From NCBI GenBank assembly GCA_043732485.1, contig JAYTHP010000087.1:1-35538 (forward strand): a DNA stretch of 35,538 bases. Direction: 5' to 3'. Every line of letters begins with the position of its first letter. Positions within the stretch are counted from its first letter, which is position 1. The position numbers and the translations under genes were made by a program. This DNA comes from Oligoflexia bacterium (GTDB lineage Bacteria; Bdellovibrionota; UBA1018). Shown piece by piece: positions 9,157 through 18,548 of the stretch. The notes beneath the pieces are model-generated. The model did no database searches. It was not told the origin of the DNA and worked only from the letters and a program-made list of their open reading frames with translations.

Positions 9157-9184
9157 TCAAGAAGCTCCCACAACGAGCCGATAA
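9157..9184 (+). promoter_or_regulatory. Putative sigma28 (FliA) promoter
   Basis: TCAAG-N15-GCCGATAA with a perfect -10 element, 25 nt upstream of the TonB-like ORF. Confidence 0.55.
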
Positions 9185-9209
9185 GCCTTCCTAAGGGGGC
9201 TTACTTTCT

Positions 9210-10121
9210 TTGTTCACTCGCTCACTGCTTCAATCACTTTTGCTGCACGCAGCTTCCTGTTGTCTTTTGCTCTTACTGAGTTTCTCAGTAACTCTCAGGC
9301 CTTACGAAGTTATGCCCGCGGCTAACCCACCTTCGTCCACCCCCCGCCAGCAGCCCACCAGTGTGCCAGTCAGGCTGCTCAACCGCATCGCTGAAACCGA
9401 CACCCCGCTGCACCGACTCGAAAAGCCCAAACGCAACGATCAGCCGGTTTTCTTAGGCAAGCGCGACCAAAGTGTGGAGCACCCGCAATACCGCCGCTCT
9501 CAAGCAGGCGCTCATCCCGCTGCTCGCCAGCGCCTCCCCTCGCTCAAAGCCCTCGCCTTGCCGTTTTCCCCGCTCACCCCCCTCGCAACAGCAACAGCGG
9601 CGGCAGCAACCCCTGCTCAAGCTACACAAAACACTGATCTTTCAATGACAACGCCGATGACAACGAAAACAAAAACAAAAACGAGAACAACGCCCAACAC
9701 CCCTGCTGCAGCGGAGCACTCTTTTGCAAGCGCCGCCGAGGATTACCTGGAAGGGGTGGCCGAGAGCGATCGCACCTTGCTCAATACCAAAGAATTCGTT
9801 TTTTTCAGTTATTTTCAGCGGATCCGAGACAGCCTCGATCACGCCTGGCGCCCGCTCTTACAAGCGCGCCTGCTGACCTATTTCCAATCTGGCCGGGGCC
9901 TAGCGAGCGATCAATCGCATAGCACCCGGATCCTGGTCGTGCTCAATCCCCAGGGCGTGATCACCAACGTGCAAGTGCTCAGCGAATCAGGCCTCCATGA
10001 GCTGGATGAGTCAGCGGTCGCAGCCTTTAACCGCGCAGGACCGTTTCCCAACCCACCGCAAGGTCTACTGGAGCGGGATCAAAAAGTGCGCATTCCGTGG
10101 GAATTTATTTTGCGCACCTGA
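9210..10121 (+). CDS. TonB/TolA-like energy transducer family protein
   Basis: N-terminal hydrophobic anchor, Pro/Thr/Ala-rich linker and a C-terminal TonB-type domain (VLSESGLHELDESAVAAFNRAGPFPNPP). Confidence 0.85.
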   Translation: MFTRSLLQSLLLHAASCCLLLLLSFSVTLRPYEVMPAANPPSSTPRQQPTSVPVRLLNRIAETDTPLHRLEKPKRNDQPVFLGKRDQSVEHPQYRRSQAGAHPAARQRLPSLKALALPFSPLTPLATATAAAATPAQATQNTDLSMTTPMTTKTKTKTRTTPNTPAAAEHSFASAAEDYLEGVAESDRTLLNTKEFVFFSYFQRIRDSLDHAWRPLLQARLLTYFQSGRGLASDQSHSTRILVVLNPQGVITNVQVLSESGLHELDESAVAAFNRAGPFPNPPQGLLERDQKVRIPWEFILRT

Positions 10122-10186
10122 AACAACGGTAAGCTTGCAGCGACGGTCATTCGCTTGACGCCCCGATCACGCTAGTGCCCGCGGGG

Positions 10187-10621
10187 TTATCTTTTTTGAC
10201 TACGCAGTTTATCGAGTCCTTCGGTAAAGACGAACTCTCCCCAGATGTCATCTAATTGACGGAAGGTATGAATGACCTCTTCTGCGGCTTGTCGCTCCGA
10301 GACTTTTTGGGCGGTTGACAGCTGCTTCACGGCATTCAAAATCGCGCGAAAAGCCGAACTCTCCGTTAAGGTACGCATTTCTGAGGAAAAATCCCGCTTT
10401 TTCGCAACTTGAGTGGCCACGAGCGCCGTATTAAAAATCTTAACCAGTTGGTTTTGTGCAAGAAAAGAGGAGGAAGAAGAAGAAGAAGAGGGCGGATGGC
10501 CACGCAGCGGAGCCTCGCTTGCGGAAGACGAATTTGCAGAGACTGCCGACGCTAAAGACTGCGTCGCAGGAGGAGTAGATTTTTTGCGCTGAAAAGGAGG
10601 AAGAACAGAATGATTTTGCAT
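10187..10621 (-). CDS. Hypothetical protein (Ser-rich N-terminus, helical C-terminal domain)
   Basis: 144-aa ATG-started ORF filling the gap, with an amphipathic globular-looking C-terminal half. No family recognised. Confidence 0.7.
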   Translation of the reverse strand: MQNHSVLPPFQRKKSTPPATQSLASAVSANSSSASEAPLRGHPPSSSSSSSSFLAQNQLVKIFNTALVATQVAKKRDFSSEMRTLTESSAFRAILNAVKQLSTAQKVSERQAAEEVIHTFRQLDDIWGEFVFTEGLDKLRSQKR

Positions 10622-11028
10622 AGTAGCGACCGTGAACTAAAGAGAGCTTTACCTCTTGTAAAAATTTAAAAAAACACCATGGTTTGACTGAAACGGTTGC
10701 CTCAGTTTCATTGTTTTTTAACCTTACATCGAGGCAGCGCTGGAGCTCAAGGCTTTTTAGAGAAATTATCTTTTTAGAAACTGGTAGAAACTGGCAAAAA
10801 TTAGCAACCTGAAACACCCTGCGCCTGCCGTCCTCTAGCAGCCGTTCTCCTCACTCAGCCCAGGGCTTAGCACTGACCTGCTCTTTTTGCACCCTCAGTC
10901 GCTGTACCCACTCCCCACCTGCAAGAAAAAAGGCAATAAGCCTCTACCCTTAAGCTGCAGCAAGACGCTAAACCCCCCCCACCCCGAGATGACTTCGGGG
11001 GCTTGGCTGCGCTCCAACCGGGACTCTC

Positions 11029-12240
11029 TTACCAAGGTAAAGTTGAGGCTGCGTCCAGTGAACTGAGCGGGAGCTCCAAAGGCAAAGCACTCATGACGGC
11101 TCTGGCTGCTTCTGCGGTTTGCGCTTTTGAGTCAGTGGGATGCTCAGCTTTGAACTTGAGTAAGAGGTCACCGAAGTAAAAGTTTTCAAAAACCTGCAGC
11201 CAAATGCGCTCAAAACCCACCGCAGTGGTTAAAAACCCCCAATCGGACTTAAAAAAATCAAACGACACCAAGCGCACCGACTGGGCACCGAGACGCTCAA
11301 GCACCACCAAGCCGTCACACCTTTGCGTCTGGTTGCCACTGATCAGCTGATAGCGGTAGATTTGTAAGTCAGGCGACACGCGCGCACGGAAATAGACTTG
11401 CTTGATCTGCACGGTCGGCAAAAAAAACAACGGCGGGTCACGCTCCACTTGCGAAATCAGCACGCCGGGTTGCGGATCTTCCCGACTTGCGCCGCGAATG
11501 CCCGCAAAACGCTCAGGATAGCGCTCAAAATCCTCAAAGAGTGCAATCACTTGCTCAAACTCTTGCGCAATCCAGACCGCTTTCACCATGCCGATATAAC
11601 CAGGGTCCTCCGGATGGTGGATGGCTTGGATCCAAAACGGCGCAGGCTCCTCCCACTGCGAAGACAAGGGCTCAGCCTCCAGTTTAGCGCCGTCACGAGG
11701 ACTGAGCGTGAAACGATCAGGCCAGGAGGCGTCCGCCTGAAAAGTCGAGCCAAAAGGTCGGGGATCAAAGCCTGAAAAAAAAGCCCGCCTCGCACGCGTC
11801 GGCTTGAGCGCGCCTCCCAGGCTGCCCCTCTCAGCCAAAGCTTGCTGCCGCAAATGCCAGGCACTCCTCTTAGAGGCATCGCGCTGCGCAAAGTGCCGCA
11901 AGTGCGCAAGCGGCAGCCGCTGACGGGTGGGTAAGAACGCTAGCGGCCACTGATGACTCACGGCGACGGCAAGCTTTTTGATTTTCTCCGTATAATAGGA
12001 GACTTGCGCTGAGGGAAACTCTTGGGCCAGCAAGGCGTCGCGCTCTTGGTCGTCAATGTCCTCCACTGCTGCTACTGCCAAGGACCTACTCTGTTTTGAG
12101 GTGGCTGGCGCGGTCGTCGGTGGTGTCGTGGTTCCTCGCCGTCGTCGCGCGGCTGCCGTTTGCGGGAACGACAAGAAGTAGAAGAAGAAAAAAAAGCACG
12201 GCACCAGCAGGCGGCCAATCCAAATGCGCCGCCTACTCAC
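11029..12240 (-). CDS. Exported hypothetical protein with a possible SRPBCC/START-like ligand-binding domain
   Basis: Signal-peptide-like N-terminus. VIALFEDFERYPERF resembles the START/polyketide-cyclase helix-grip motif. Coupled to the folD stop (GTGA). Confidence 0.6.
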   Translation of the reverse strand: MSRRRIWIGRLLVPCFFFFFYFLSFPQTAAARRRRGTTTPPTTAPATSKQSRSLAVAAVEDIDDQERDALLAQEFPSAQVSYYTEKIKKLAVAVSHQWPLAFLPTRQRLPLAHLRHFAQRDASKRSAWHLRQQALAERGSLGGALKPTRARRAFFSGFDPRPFGSTFQADASWPDRFTLSPRDGAKLEAEPLSSQWEEPAPFWIQAIHHPEDPGYIGMVKAVWIAQEFEQVIALFEDFERYPERFAGIRGASREDPQPGVLISQVERDPPLFFLPTVQIKQVYFRARVSPDLQIYRYQLISGNQTQRCDGLVVLERLGAQSVRLVSFDFFKSDWGFLTTAVGFERIWLQVFENFYFGDLLLKFKAEHPTDSKAQTAEAARAVMSALPLELPLSSLDAASTLPW

Positions 12241-13115
12241 GTCAAGCTCCGCGTGCGCCGCTGTGTTGCTTCGCGCGCCTGCGCTGCGCTTAGCGTGTTT
12301 TTCATTAAGCAGTGAATGGTCATCGGCCCCACTCCCCCTGGCACCGGACTGAGCGCAGAGGCTTTTTCGCTGACACTGGCCGCATGCACGTCGCCTAAGA
12401 CTTTGCCATTGCCCTGGGGGTGGATACCGACGTCAATTACCGTGCAGCCTGGAGCAATCATCGCGCCGGTGACAAATTCTTGGCGGCCAATAGCCACCAC
12501 TAAAATGTCAGCAAGCCGGGTGAGCCCTGCAAGACCTTGCGTGCGCGAGTGACACTGCAGCACGGTGGCGTCAGCCTGCAGCAGTAAATGAGCAAGCGGC
12601 CGACCGACCGTGGGACTACGCCCAACAATACAGGCCAATTTCCCGGCCACCGGGATTTGGTAGAACTGCAAGAGACCTAAGATCCCAGCAGGCGTGCACG
12701 GGACTAACGAGGGCTGACCTAAACTGAGCAAACCTGCCTGCCAGGGATGAAAACCATCGACGTCTTTACTAGGATCAATCCACTGCCTTAAGGCTGACTC
12801 GGGCGCACTGGCGCACGGTCGTTGCAGCAAAATGCCATCCACCAGGGGGTTGGTATTGAGCTCGGTGAGCGTTTGCTGTAAATCCTCGGCACTCAAGGTA
12901 ACAGGAAATTGCCTAGTTTCATGGGTAATCCCCAAGCGATCGGCCGCTTGCGCCTTGCGCCGAGTGTACAAGACGCTTGCCGGATCTTGGCCAACTAACA
13001 CTAAGGCCAAGTGCGGCGCTCGCCCGTGCCGCGCACAAAACCCCGCAACGTCTTGCTGCAATTGGGCTTGCTCGAGGGCAATCAAGGGCTGGGCTTTCAG
13101 TAATTTCATGGTCAT
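12237..13115 (-). CDS. folD: Bifunctional methylenetetrahydrofolate dehydrogenase/cyclohydrolase
   Basis: KDVDGFHP, PCTPAGI, VGRSPTVGRP and SPVPGGVGPMTI. Confidence 0.97.
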   Translation of the reverse strand: MTMKLLKAQPLIALEQAQLQQDVAGFCARHGRAPHLALVLVGQDPASVLYTRRKAQAADRLGITHETRQFPVTLSAEDLQQTLTELNTNPLVDGILLQRPCASAPESALRQWIDPSKDVDGFHPWQAGLLSLGQPSLVPCTPAGILGLLQFYQIPVAGKLACIVGRSPTVGRPLAHLLLQADATVLQCHSRTQGLAGLTRLADILVVAIGRQEFVTGAMIAPGCTVIDVGIHPQGNGKVLGDVHAASVSEKASALSPVPGGVGPMTIHCLMKNTLSAAQAREATQRRTRSLT

Positions 13116-13342
13116 GGTCCTGGTGCTAGTGACGATCGAGTGAGGATAATGGCGGCAACGGCATGACGGGGCTTTCCTTACAAGCGGGGAACAAAAAACT
13201 GACGGCTAAAGCGTGTCTGAGCCTTAAAGCCTCAAGCGCGCTTTGAGTGACCCGAGCGCCTGGTCTTGGCACTTTTCTTTGCGCCAACTCACCCTCCCTT
13301 ACTTTAATGTTAATTTCTCGCTTCGACAACCGATTAAAGACC

Positions 13343-14407
13343 ATGGAGTCTTTTCATGCCGGCATGCTGCCCCTTACCAAGTCCTGCCAGCGGTGGCGGT
13401 GGAATGCAGGCTTTTTGACGCAATCCTTGACACGCCAAGGAACACGCCCCTCCCGGTTGCTACTACTACTACTACGCCGTCTCCTCTTCTTGCTCTCGCT
13501 GCTGAGTTTTTTTTTCTCCTCCTCCCCAGCGCTGGCAGACATTACGCTGCCCACCTCCATCGGCGGCATCAGCCTACCCAGCGAGCTCACCAATCTCAAG
13601 CTTCCTGACGTCAACACCCTCATTCCGGAGGCCGCGGTGACGGGCATCATACAAATCGTAGGCATTGGTATGAATCACCGCGCTTACGAGCCTGCTGCTT
13701 CCCTAGGCACCTCGCCTGGCTTTAGCTTCGGCATCGAAGCGACGCTCGTGCATCCCAGCACCGCCTTGAACTCTTACTTATCCTCAAGCTTCCAAGGAGT
13801 AACGCTGCCGATTATTCCCTCAGCCAGGCTGCATCTGCGCAAAGGGATCAGCAACCGCCTGGAGCTAGGTCTTTCCGTGTTGCCTGCTCCCACCACGTTA
13901 CCCTATATCGGCTCAACCTTACTGATCGGCGGCGACCTCAAGTACGTCGTCTGGGAGGATACCGAAGAAGGTGGCGTGACGGTGGCGCTGCGCGGCAGCT
14001 ATAACGTCAACTCCTTGGCGGTGAGCTATAGCACCTATAGCTTCACCATGAACACCACAACGCTCTCACCCCAGCTGGTGATCTCAAAAAAGCTTAGTTT
14101 TGCCCAGCCTTATATCGGTGCAGGCTACCAGTACACCACTGGGCAATTCTCGCTGTCGATTCCTTTGAATAAACCACCCCTTAGCAACCTCATTCCCAAC
14201 TTTCAAACACTCTCGAGCATCCCGACCATCAACAATCTGCTTTCTACCCCCGTCGTGGTCACGCTGAGCGGGCAAGCAAGCGAGTATCATTTTTTTGGCG
14301 GCATTAGCCTCCTGGTACCCTATATCGACTTGCAGATCGTGCTTGAGGGAGCCTATAGCCCATCAGGCATGAATTATCTGGGCACCAAAGTGGGCTTCCA
14401 GTTCTAA
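13343..14407 (+). CDS. Probable outer-membrane beta-barrel protein
   Basis: Signal peptide ending PALA, many amphipathic beta-strand-like segments and a C-terminal YLGTKVGFQF beta-signal. Start uncertain. Confidence 0.7.
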   Translation: MESFHAGMLPLTKSCQRWRWNAGFLTQSLTRQGTRPSRLLLLLLRRLLFLLSLLSFFFSSSPALADITLPTSIGGISLPSELTNLKLPDVNTLIPEAAVTGIIQIVGIGMNHRAYEPAASLGTSPGFSFGIEATLVHPSTALNSYLSSSFQGVTLPIIPSARLHLRKGISNRLELGLSVLPAPTTLPYIGSTLLIGGDLKYVVWEDTEEGGVTVALRGSYNVNSLAVSYSTYSFTMNTTTLSPQLVISKKLSFAQPYIGAGYQYTTGQFSLSIPLNKPPLSNLIPNFQTLSSIPTINNLLSTPVVVTLSGQASEYHFFGGISLLVPYIDLQIVLEGAYSPSGMNYLGTKVGFQF

Positions 14408-14456
14408 GGGTCTTCACATAGCCATAGCCCTAGCCTGCTCGCCTTCGCCTCCCACC

Positions 14457-14494
14457 CAGCAAAAACTGCCCCCCAGGCAGGCAAAAAACTCCCC
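14457..14494 (+). promoter_or_regulatory. Putative tandem enhancer sites for a sigma54 activator
   Basis: Near-direct repeats GCAAAAACTGCC and GGCAAAAAACTCCC lie 45-80 nt upstream of the -24/-12 motif. Confidence 0.4.
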
Positions 14495-14536
14495 CCTCCC
14501 ACGCTCGCTTGTGCTGATTTTACTGACGTTTTCCCA

Positions 14537-14552
14537 TGGCATAAAGCTTGCT
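14537..14552 (+). promoter_or_regulatory. sigma54 (-24/-12) promoter of the flagellar operon
   Basis: TGGCATAAAGCTTGCT: GG-N10-GC with TGGCA and TTGC half-sites, upstream of flgF. Confidence 0.85.
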
Positions 14553-14696
14553 GTATTTCCTAGCTAAGAGGGCCCCCCAAACCGCCCGCCGTTTTGTGGG
14601 AAAAGATAGGTGAGAGGGAGGGGCAGGGGTGACTTGGAGCAAGCCAAGGCCAGAAGCGCGGCCAAAAATACAACAGGAAAGGACGCTAGCCACAAG

Positions 14697-15533
14697 ATGA
14701 GTTCAGGAATTTGGACTGCCACTGCCGGAGCTGCGGCGCAAGCGGAAAACCTCGATTTAATTGCGGCAAACCTTGCCAACGTCGATACCCCGGCTTACAA
14801 AAAAGAAATCCCCACCTTTCGCGAGTACCTTGCCGCAACCGAGCGCGAGCACCAGGCGCAAGACATTCCCCGTGGCTCGTTTAAAGATAAAGACTTCTAC
14901 CCTCTGGACGGCCGCGATCAGTCGGCCGTGGTGGTTGACGGCACTCATACGCTGTTTCAGCAGGGGAATTTGCACGCCACGCATAACGCCCTGGATGTCG
15001 CCTTAATGGGTCCAGGATTCCTCGAAGTGGCCACCCCGGACGGAGTGCGTTATAGCCGTTTAGGAAGTTTAAAGCTCTCGCCTGAGGGTTTGCTCATCAC
15101 CAGCGAGGGCCATCCGGTGCTAGCCACCACAGCGCCTAACACCCCTGAAGCCTTGGCCTCCTTGAATGACTCACCTCTCAGCCGTCGTATTTCCTTGAGT
15201 GATCGCCTGGGCTCCTTAAAGATCAATACCTCAGGCGAGATCTACTCAGGCGATGAGCTAGTGGCCAAAGTCAAGCTAGTGGAGTTTCAAGACTTGAAAA
15301 CCGTGAAAAAAGTCGGTGGCGCCTTATACCAAAATCAAGGACGCGAGGACAACCTCAAAACGGCGCAACAAACCGCCTTGCACCAAGGATATCTCGAAGG
15401 CTCGAACGTCAACCCGATTGAGGAAATGACCGCCTTGATTAAAGCCCATCGCTTGTTTGAAAACGACCTGAAATCGCTCAAAACTTACGGCGAATTACTC
15501 GCAAAAGAAGTCAATGAAGTAGGTAAATTATGA
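14697..15533 (+). CDS. flgF: Flagellar basal-body rod protein FlgF
   Basis: IAANLANVDTPAYKK N-terminal rod motif and YLEGSNVNPIEEM C-terminal motif. Directly precedes flgG. Confidence 0.9.
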   Translation: MSSGIWTATAGAAAQAENLDLIAANLANVDTPAYKKEIPTFREYLAATEREHQAQDIPRGSFKDKDFYPLDGRDQSAVVVDGTHTLFQQGNLHATHNALDVALMGPGFLEVATPDGVRYSRLGSLKLSPEGLLITSEGHPVLATTAPNTPEALASLNDSPLSRRISLSDRLGSLKINTSGEIYSGDELVAKVKLVEFQDLKTVKKVGGALYQNQGREDNLKTAQQTALHQGYLEGSNVNPIEEMTALIKAHRLFENDLKSLKTYGELLAKEVNEVGKL

Positions 15534-16318
15534 TTCGTGCCCTGACCACGGCTGCCACCGGACTTGAAGCCCAGCAAGCTAAAATTGCCAATATTGCCAA
15601 TGATTTAGCGAACGTCAATACCGACAGCTATAAGCGCGGCACCACCGAGTTTCATGACCTGATGTACGAAACCATCAAGGCCCCGGGCCAGAGTTTAGGC
15701 TTAGGCAGTCAAACCCCGGTCGGCGTGCAAGTCGGCATGGGAGTCAAAGTCGGGGCTGCGCATAAGAACTTCGAGCAAGGACCAGCGAAGATGACCTATC
15801 ACCCCTATGATCTGATGATTGACGGCGAGGGGTTTTTTCCCGTGCAAAGCCCGCAAGGCGAGGTGCTTTACACCCGTAACGGCGCCTTTCACTTGGACTC
15901 CCAAGGCGTTTTACAATTAGCAAGCGGCGTCAAAGTATTGCCACAAATCACCGTGCCGCCGAACGCCGTCTCCGTGAACATCAATCGCAGCGGCGAGGTC
16001 AAAGCACAACTGGCCGGCATCGGTGCCGAGCAGGTCTCCTTAGGACAGCTCACCATCAGTAACTTTCAAAACAATCAAGGCCTGCTTGCGATTGGCGAAG
16101 GCCTGTACCGAGCAACGTTAGCAAGTGGCACCCCGCAAACCGGAGTTCCAGGGGAAAACGGCCTAGGCATGGTGCAACAAGGCGCCTTAGAAGGCTCAAA
16201 CGTCAATGTTGCCAATAGCATGATCGATATGATCTCCACCCAAAGGGCCTATGAAATGGGTACCAAAGTGATGAGTGCCGCCGACCAGATGCTAGGGGCG
16301 ACGGTCAATATCAAATAG
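15530..16318 (+). CDS. flgG: Flagellar basal-body distal rod protein FlgG
   Basis: MIRALTTAATGLEAQQ, FHDLMYET, GVQVGMGV, YTRNGAF and LEGSNVNVANSMIDMISTQRAYE. Confidence 0.96.
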   Translation: MIRALTTAATGLEAQQAKIANIANDLANVNTDSYKRGTTEFHDLMYETIKAPGQSLGLGSQTPVGVQVGMGVKVGAAHKNFEQGPAKMTYHPYDLMIDGEGFFPVQSPQGEVLYTRNGAFHLDSQGVLQLASGVKVLPQITVPPNAVSVNINRSGEVKAQLAGIGAEQVSLGQLTISNFQNNQGLLAIGEGLYRATLASGTPQTGVPGENGLGMVQQGALEGSNVNVANSMIDMISTQRAYEMGTKVMSAADQMLGATVNIK

Positions 16319-16331
16319 TAACTCAAAAAGA

Positions 16332-17267
16332 ATGACGCAAAACAACCACACCCGCCCCCTCCGTCGCCTTCCCGCTCCCCACCCTCAGGCAGCCAGGCTT
16401 ACACTCGTTTTGATCACCCTGGCCTTCCTCACTCACAGCAGCCCACCCCGCCGCTGCTTTGCCTGGAGTGACCGGGGCGGCAGTGCTGAGGAAAATGACG
16501 GCGCCATGGACGGGGGTACGCTAAAGGTCACAAACAATCTCAGAGACCGAGCGAGAACGCAGCCGGTCGCCCCGCTTCCTGCCGTGCCTAACGCTCTGGC
16601 GCAAGCTCTAAAAGCCTCCTTGCGCGGTTATTTTGGGGGCGCAGAAATCGTTTTTGCAAGCGCCGTGCGCTGGCAGACCGCCTCAGCCTGGCTCCCACCT
16701 GGCGGCAAAGGTCAGCCGGTCCTGAGTGATCACTTCTCAGGCTCTCTCTTCCCCAGCCCAACGCGCGCCTTGCAGGTCTATAACGAGGATGGCCGCGGGA
16801 GCGTCGATTTTAGCTGGCAGCCCGACCAGTCGCAACCCCCCAAGCGCGGTTCCGTCAAGATCACAGCCTGGCTCAAAGCTTCCCTACCTACCCGCAAGAT
16901 TTACCCAGGCGAAGGCTTATCGGAGGGTCTTTTTCGCGTGAGCCCGGTTGAAGTCACCCAAGGGCTGCACCGCAGTCTCAGGCATCAATTCTTCCCCCTG
17001 AAAGAACCGCTCACGGGCTTTCTTGCCCACCAAACTCTCCTGGAAGGCCAACCGCTTTTGCTCAGTGCGGTGAAGAAAAAACCTGATATTGAGCGCGGTG
17101 CGCACGTACAAGTGGAGATGCGAGCCGGATTGATCAAGCTCATGACCGAGGGCTTTGCCGAAGAACCAGGCTACTTTGAAAAAGACATTCACGTCCGCAC
17201 CCTATCCCGCAAGAAACAACTGCTCGGAAAACTCAAAGCAGGCGGCGTGGTTGAGGTCCGGTTGTGA
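16332..17267 (+). CDS. flgA: Flagellar P-ring formation chaperone FlgA
   Basis: Signal-like N-terminus and a C-terminal SAF/FlgA-type region (IERGAHVQV...GFAEEPG...IHVRTLSRKKQLLG...GVVEV). Lies between flgG and flgH. Confidence 0.85.
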   Translation: MTQNNHTRPLRRLPAPHPQAARLTLVLITLAFLTHSSPPRRCFAWSDRGGSAEENDGAMDGGTLKVTNNLRDRARTQPVAPLPAVPNALAQALKASLRGYFGGAEIVFASAVRWQTASAWLPPGGKGQPVLSDHFSGSLFPSPTRALQVYNEDGRGSVDFSWQPDQSQPPKRGSVKITAWLKASLPTRKIYPGEGLSEGLFRVSPVEVTQGLHRSLRHQFFPLKEPLTGFLAHQTLLEGQPLLLSAVKKKPDIERGAHVQVEMRAGLIKLMTEGFAEEPGYFEKDIHVRTLSRKKQLLGKLKAGGVVEVRL

Positions 17268-18547
17268 GTCCGGTTGGGCGAAGCAGGCAAGCCGCACTCC
17301 AAGTGTGCAGTTGCTTGCTCTTGAGTCTCGCTAGTTGCGCTTTCCCCAAAATGCGAGGCAGCAGTGACTCGAGCGGCCCCAATGCGTCAAAAAATCCCCA
17401 ACCCGCAGCCCTGAGCCCCTCCCAAGCCCCCGCCCCCTCCCAGCCAAAAGCCAACACTCCCTCCCCCGAGAACTCAAGCAGACTTACAAAATCTGACCCA
17501 GAAAAAGACGATGATCACGACGACGACGATGAGGACAACGAAGCTGACGCGCACGCAAAAAACCGCGTGCTTTTGTCGGAAGAGCCAGACGACGCAGATC
17601 AAGGAAGGCACCTCAGCAGCACCCGGCGCGAACCAGCAGGACTTGCCTACTCCCATGTGCCTTCAGACACTCACCCCCAAAGGCAAGCCAGACTCGGGCG
17701 AGGCCAGAGCCACGCCACCAGTGGCGCGCACTTCCCAAACTCCCCTGAAACCATGAGCCGCCCGCTGCTCTCCACCCAAACGCTGGCCAGGCTCATGCCT
17801 GGCACCAGGCGTTACTATTCCCAGCTCTCCTCGCAGCCCACCCAATTGGGGCGCGAAAAACAGCAGCCTCAGCAGCCGCGAGTACAAAAGGTCGATTTTC
17901 TTGATGAAAGCGCCAGTGACGGTTCGCTTTGGGCCTCCACCGGTCAGACTAACTATTATTTTACCAAAAATCGCATCCTCAGCCGAGGGGACCTAGTAAC
18001 CCTAGTGCTTGAAGGCGAGCTGCTGCAAGCCATTGGACATGAAATTGAATCCACCTTGTCGCCTCGGGAAAAGGAGCTGGAATGGGAGCAAGCAGGCTTT
18101 CGCGAAGCAAGCTTAAACCTCCTCAAGAATGCAGGCCGACAAAAGGCGCAAGACCAGCTCAAGACCACCTCCAGTGCCCCGCTTGCAGCGTCCCCCTCGC
18201 CCACAAGTGACACCGGCGGTAGCAGCGAAGCCAAGCCAAGCAGCAGCGCTGGTGCTGGAGCTACGACTGAAGAGCAGGCCTTCGCAGGCGAGACGAGTAG
18301 TAGTAATAGCGTCAATATTTTTTCATCCCTGAATTTAAAAAAAGGCGACCTGATGATGGCCGAGATCCTCGATCGCTATCCCAACGGCAATTATAAAATG
18401 CGGGCTTTTAAAAAGGTGGCTTACAAGAACGGCCCCCCGCGCGTGGTGATGATCCTAGGCCTACTGCAAGCAGGTGAAATAAATGAAGAGAATAACTTTA
18501 TCAAGTCGAGTAAACTCTATGATTACCGTGTCGAAATATCCCATTAA
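17264..18547 (+). CDS. flgH: Flagellar L-ring lipoprotein FlgH (divergent, with long low-complexity inserts)
   Basis: Lipobox LASC, GSLW, GDLVTL, ILDRYPNGNYKM and IKSSKL. Lies between flgA and flgI. Confidence 0.8.
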   Translation: MSPVGRSRQAALQVCSCLLLSLASCAFPKMRGSSDSSGPNASKNPQPAALSPSQAPAPSQPKANTPSPENSSRLTKSDPEKDDDHDDDDEDNEADAHAKNRVLLSEEPDDADQGRHLSSTRREPAGLAYSHVPSDTHPQRQARLGRGQSHATSGAHFPNSPETMSRPLLSTQTLARLMPGTRRYYSQLSSQPTQLGREKQQPQQPRVQKVDFLDESASDGSLWASTGQTNYYFTKNRILSRGDLVTLVLEGELLQAIGHEIESTLSPREKELEWEQAGFREASLNLLKNAGRQKAQDQLKTTSSAPLAASPSPTSDTGGSSEAKPSSSAGAGATTEEQAFAGETSSSNSVNIFSSLNLKKGDLMMAEILDRYPNGNYKMRAFKKVAYKNGPPRVVMILGLLQAGEINEENNFIKSSKLYDYRVEISH

Positions 18548-18548
18548 G

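Noticed and set aside
10792..10806. sigma54 promoter TGGCAAAAATTAGCA
   Set aside because: GG-to-GC spacing is 9, not 10, and there is no + strand gene downstream.
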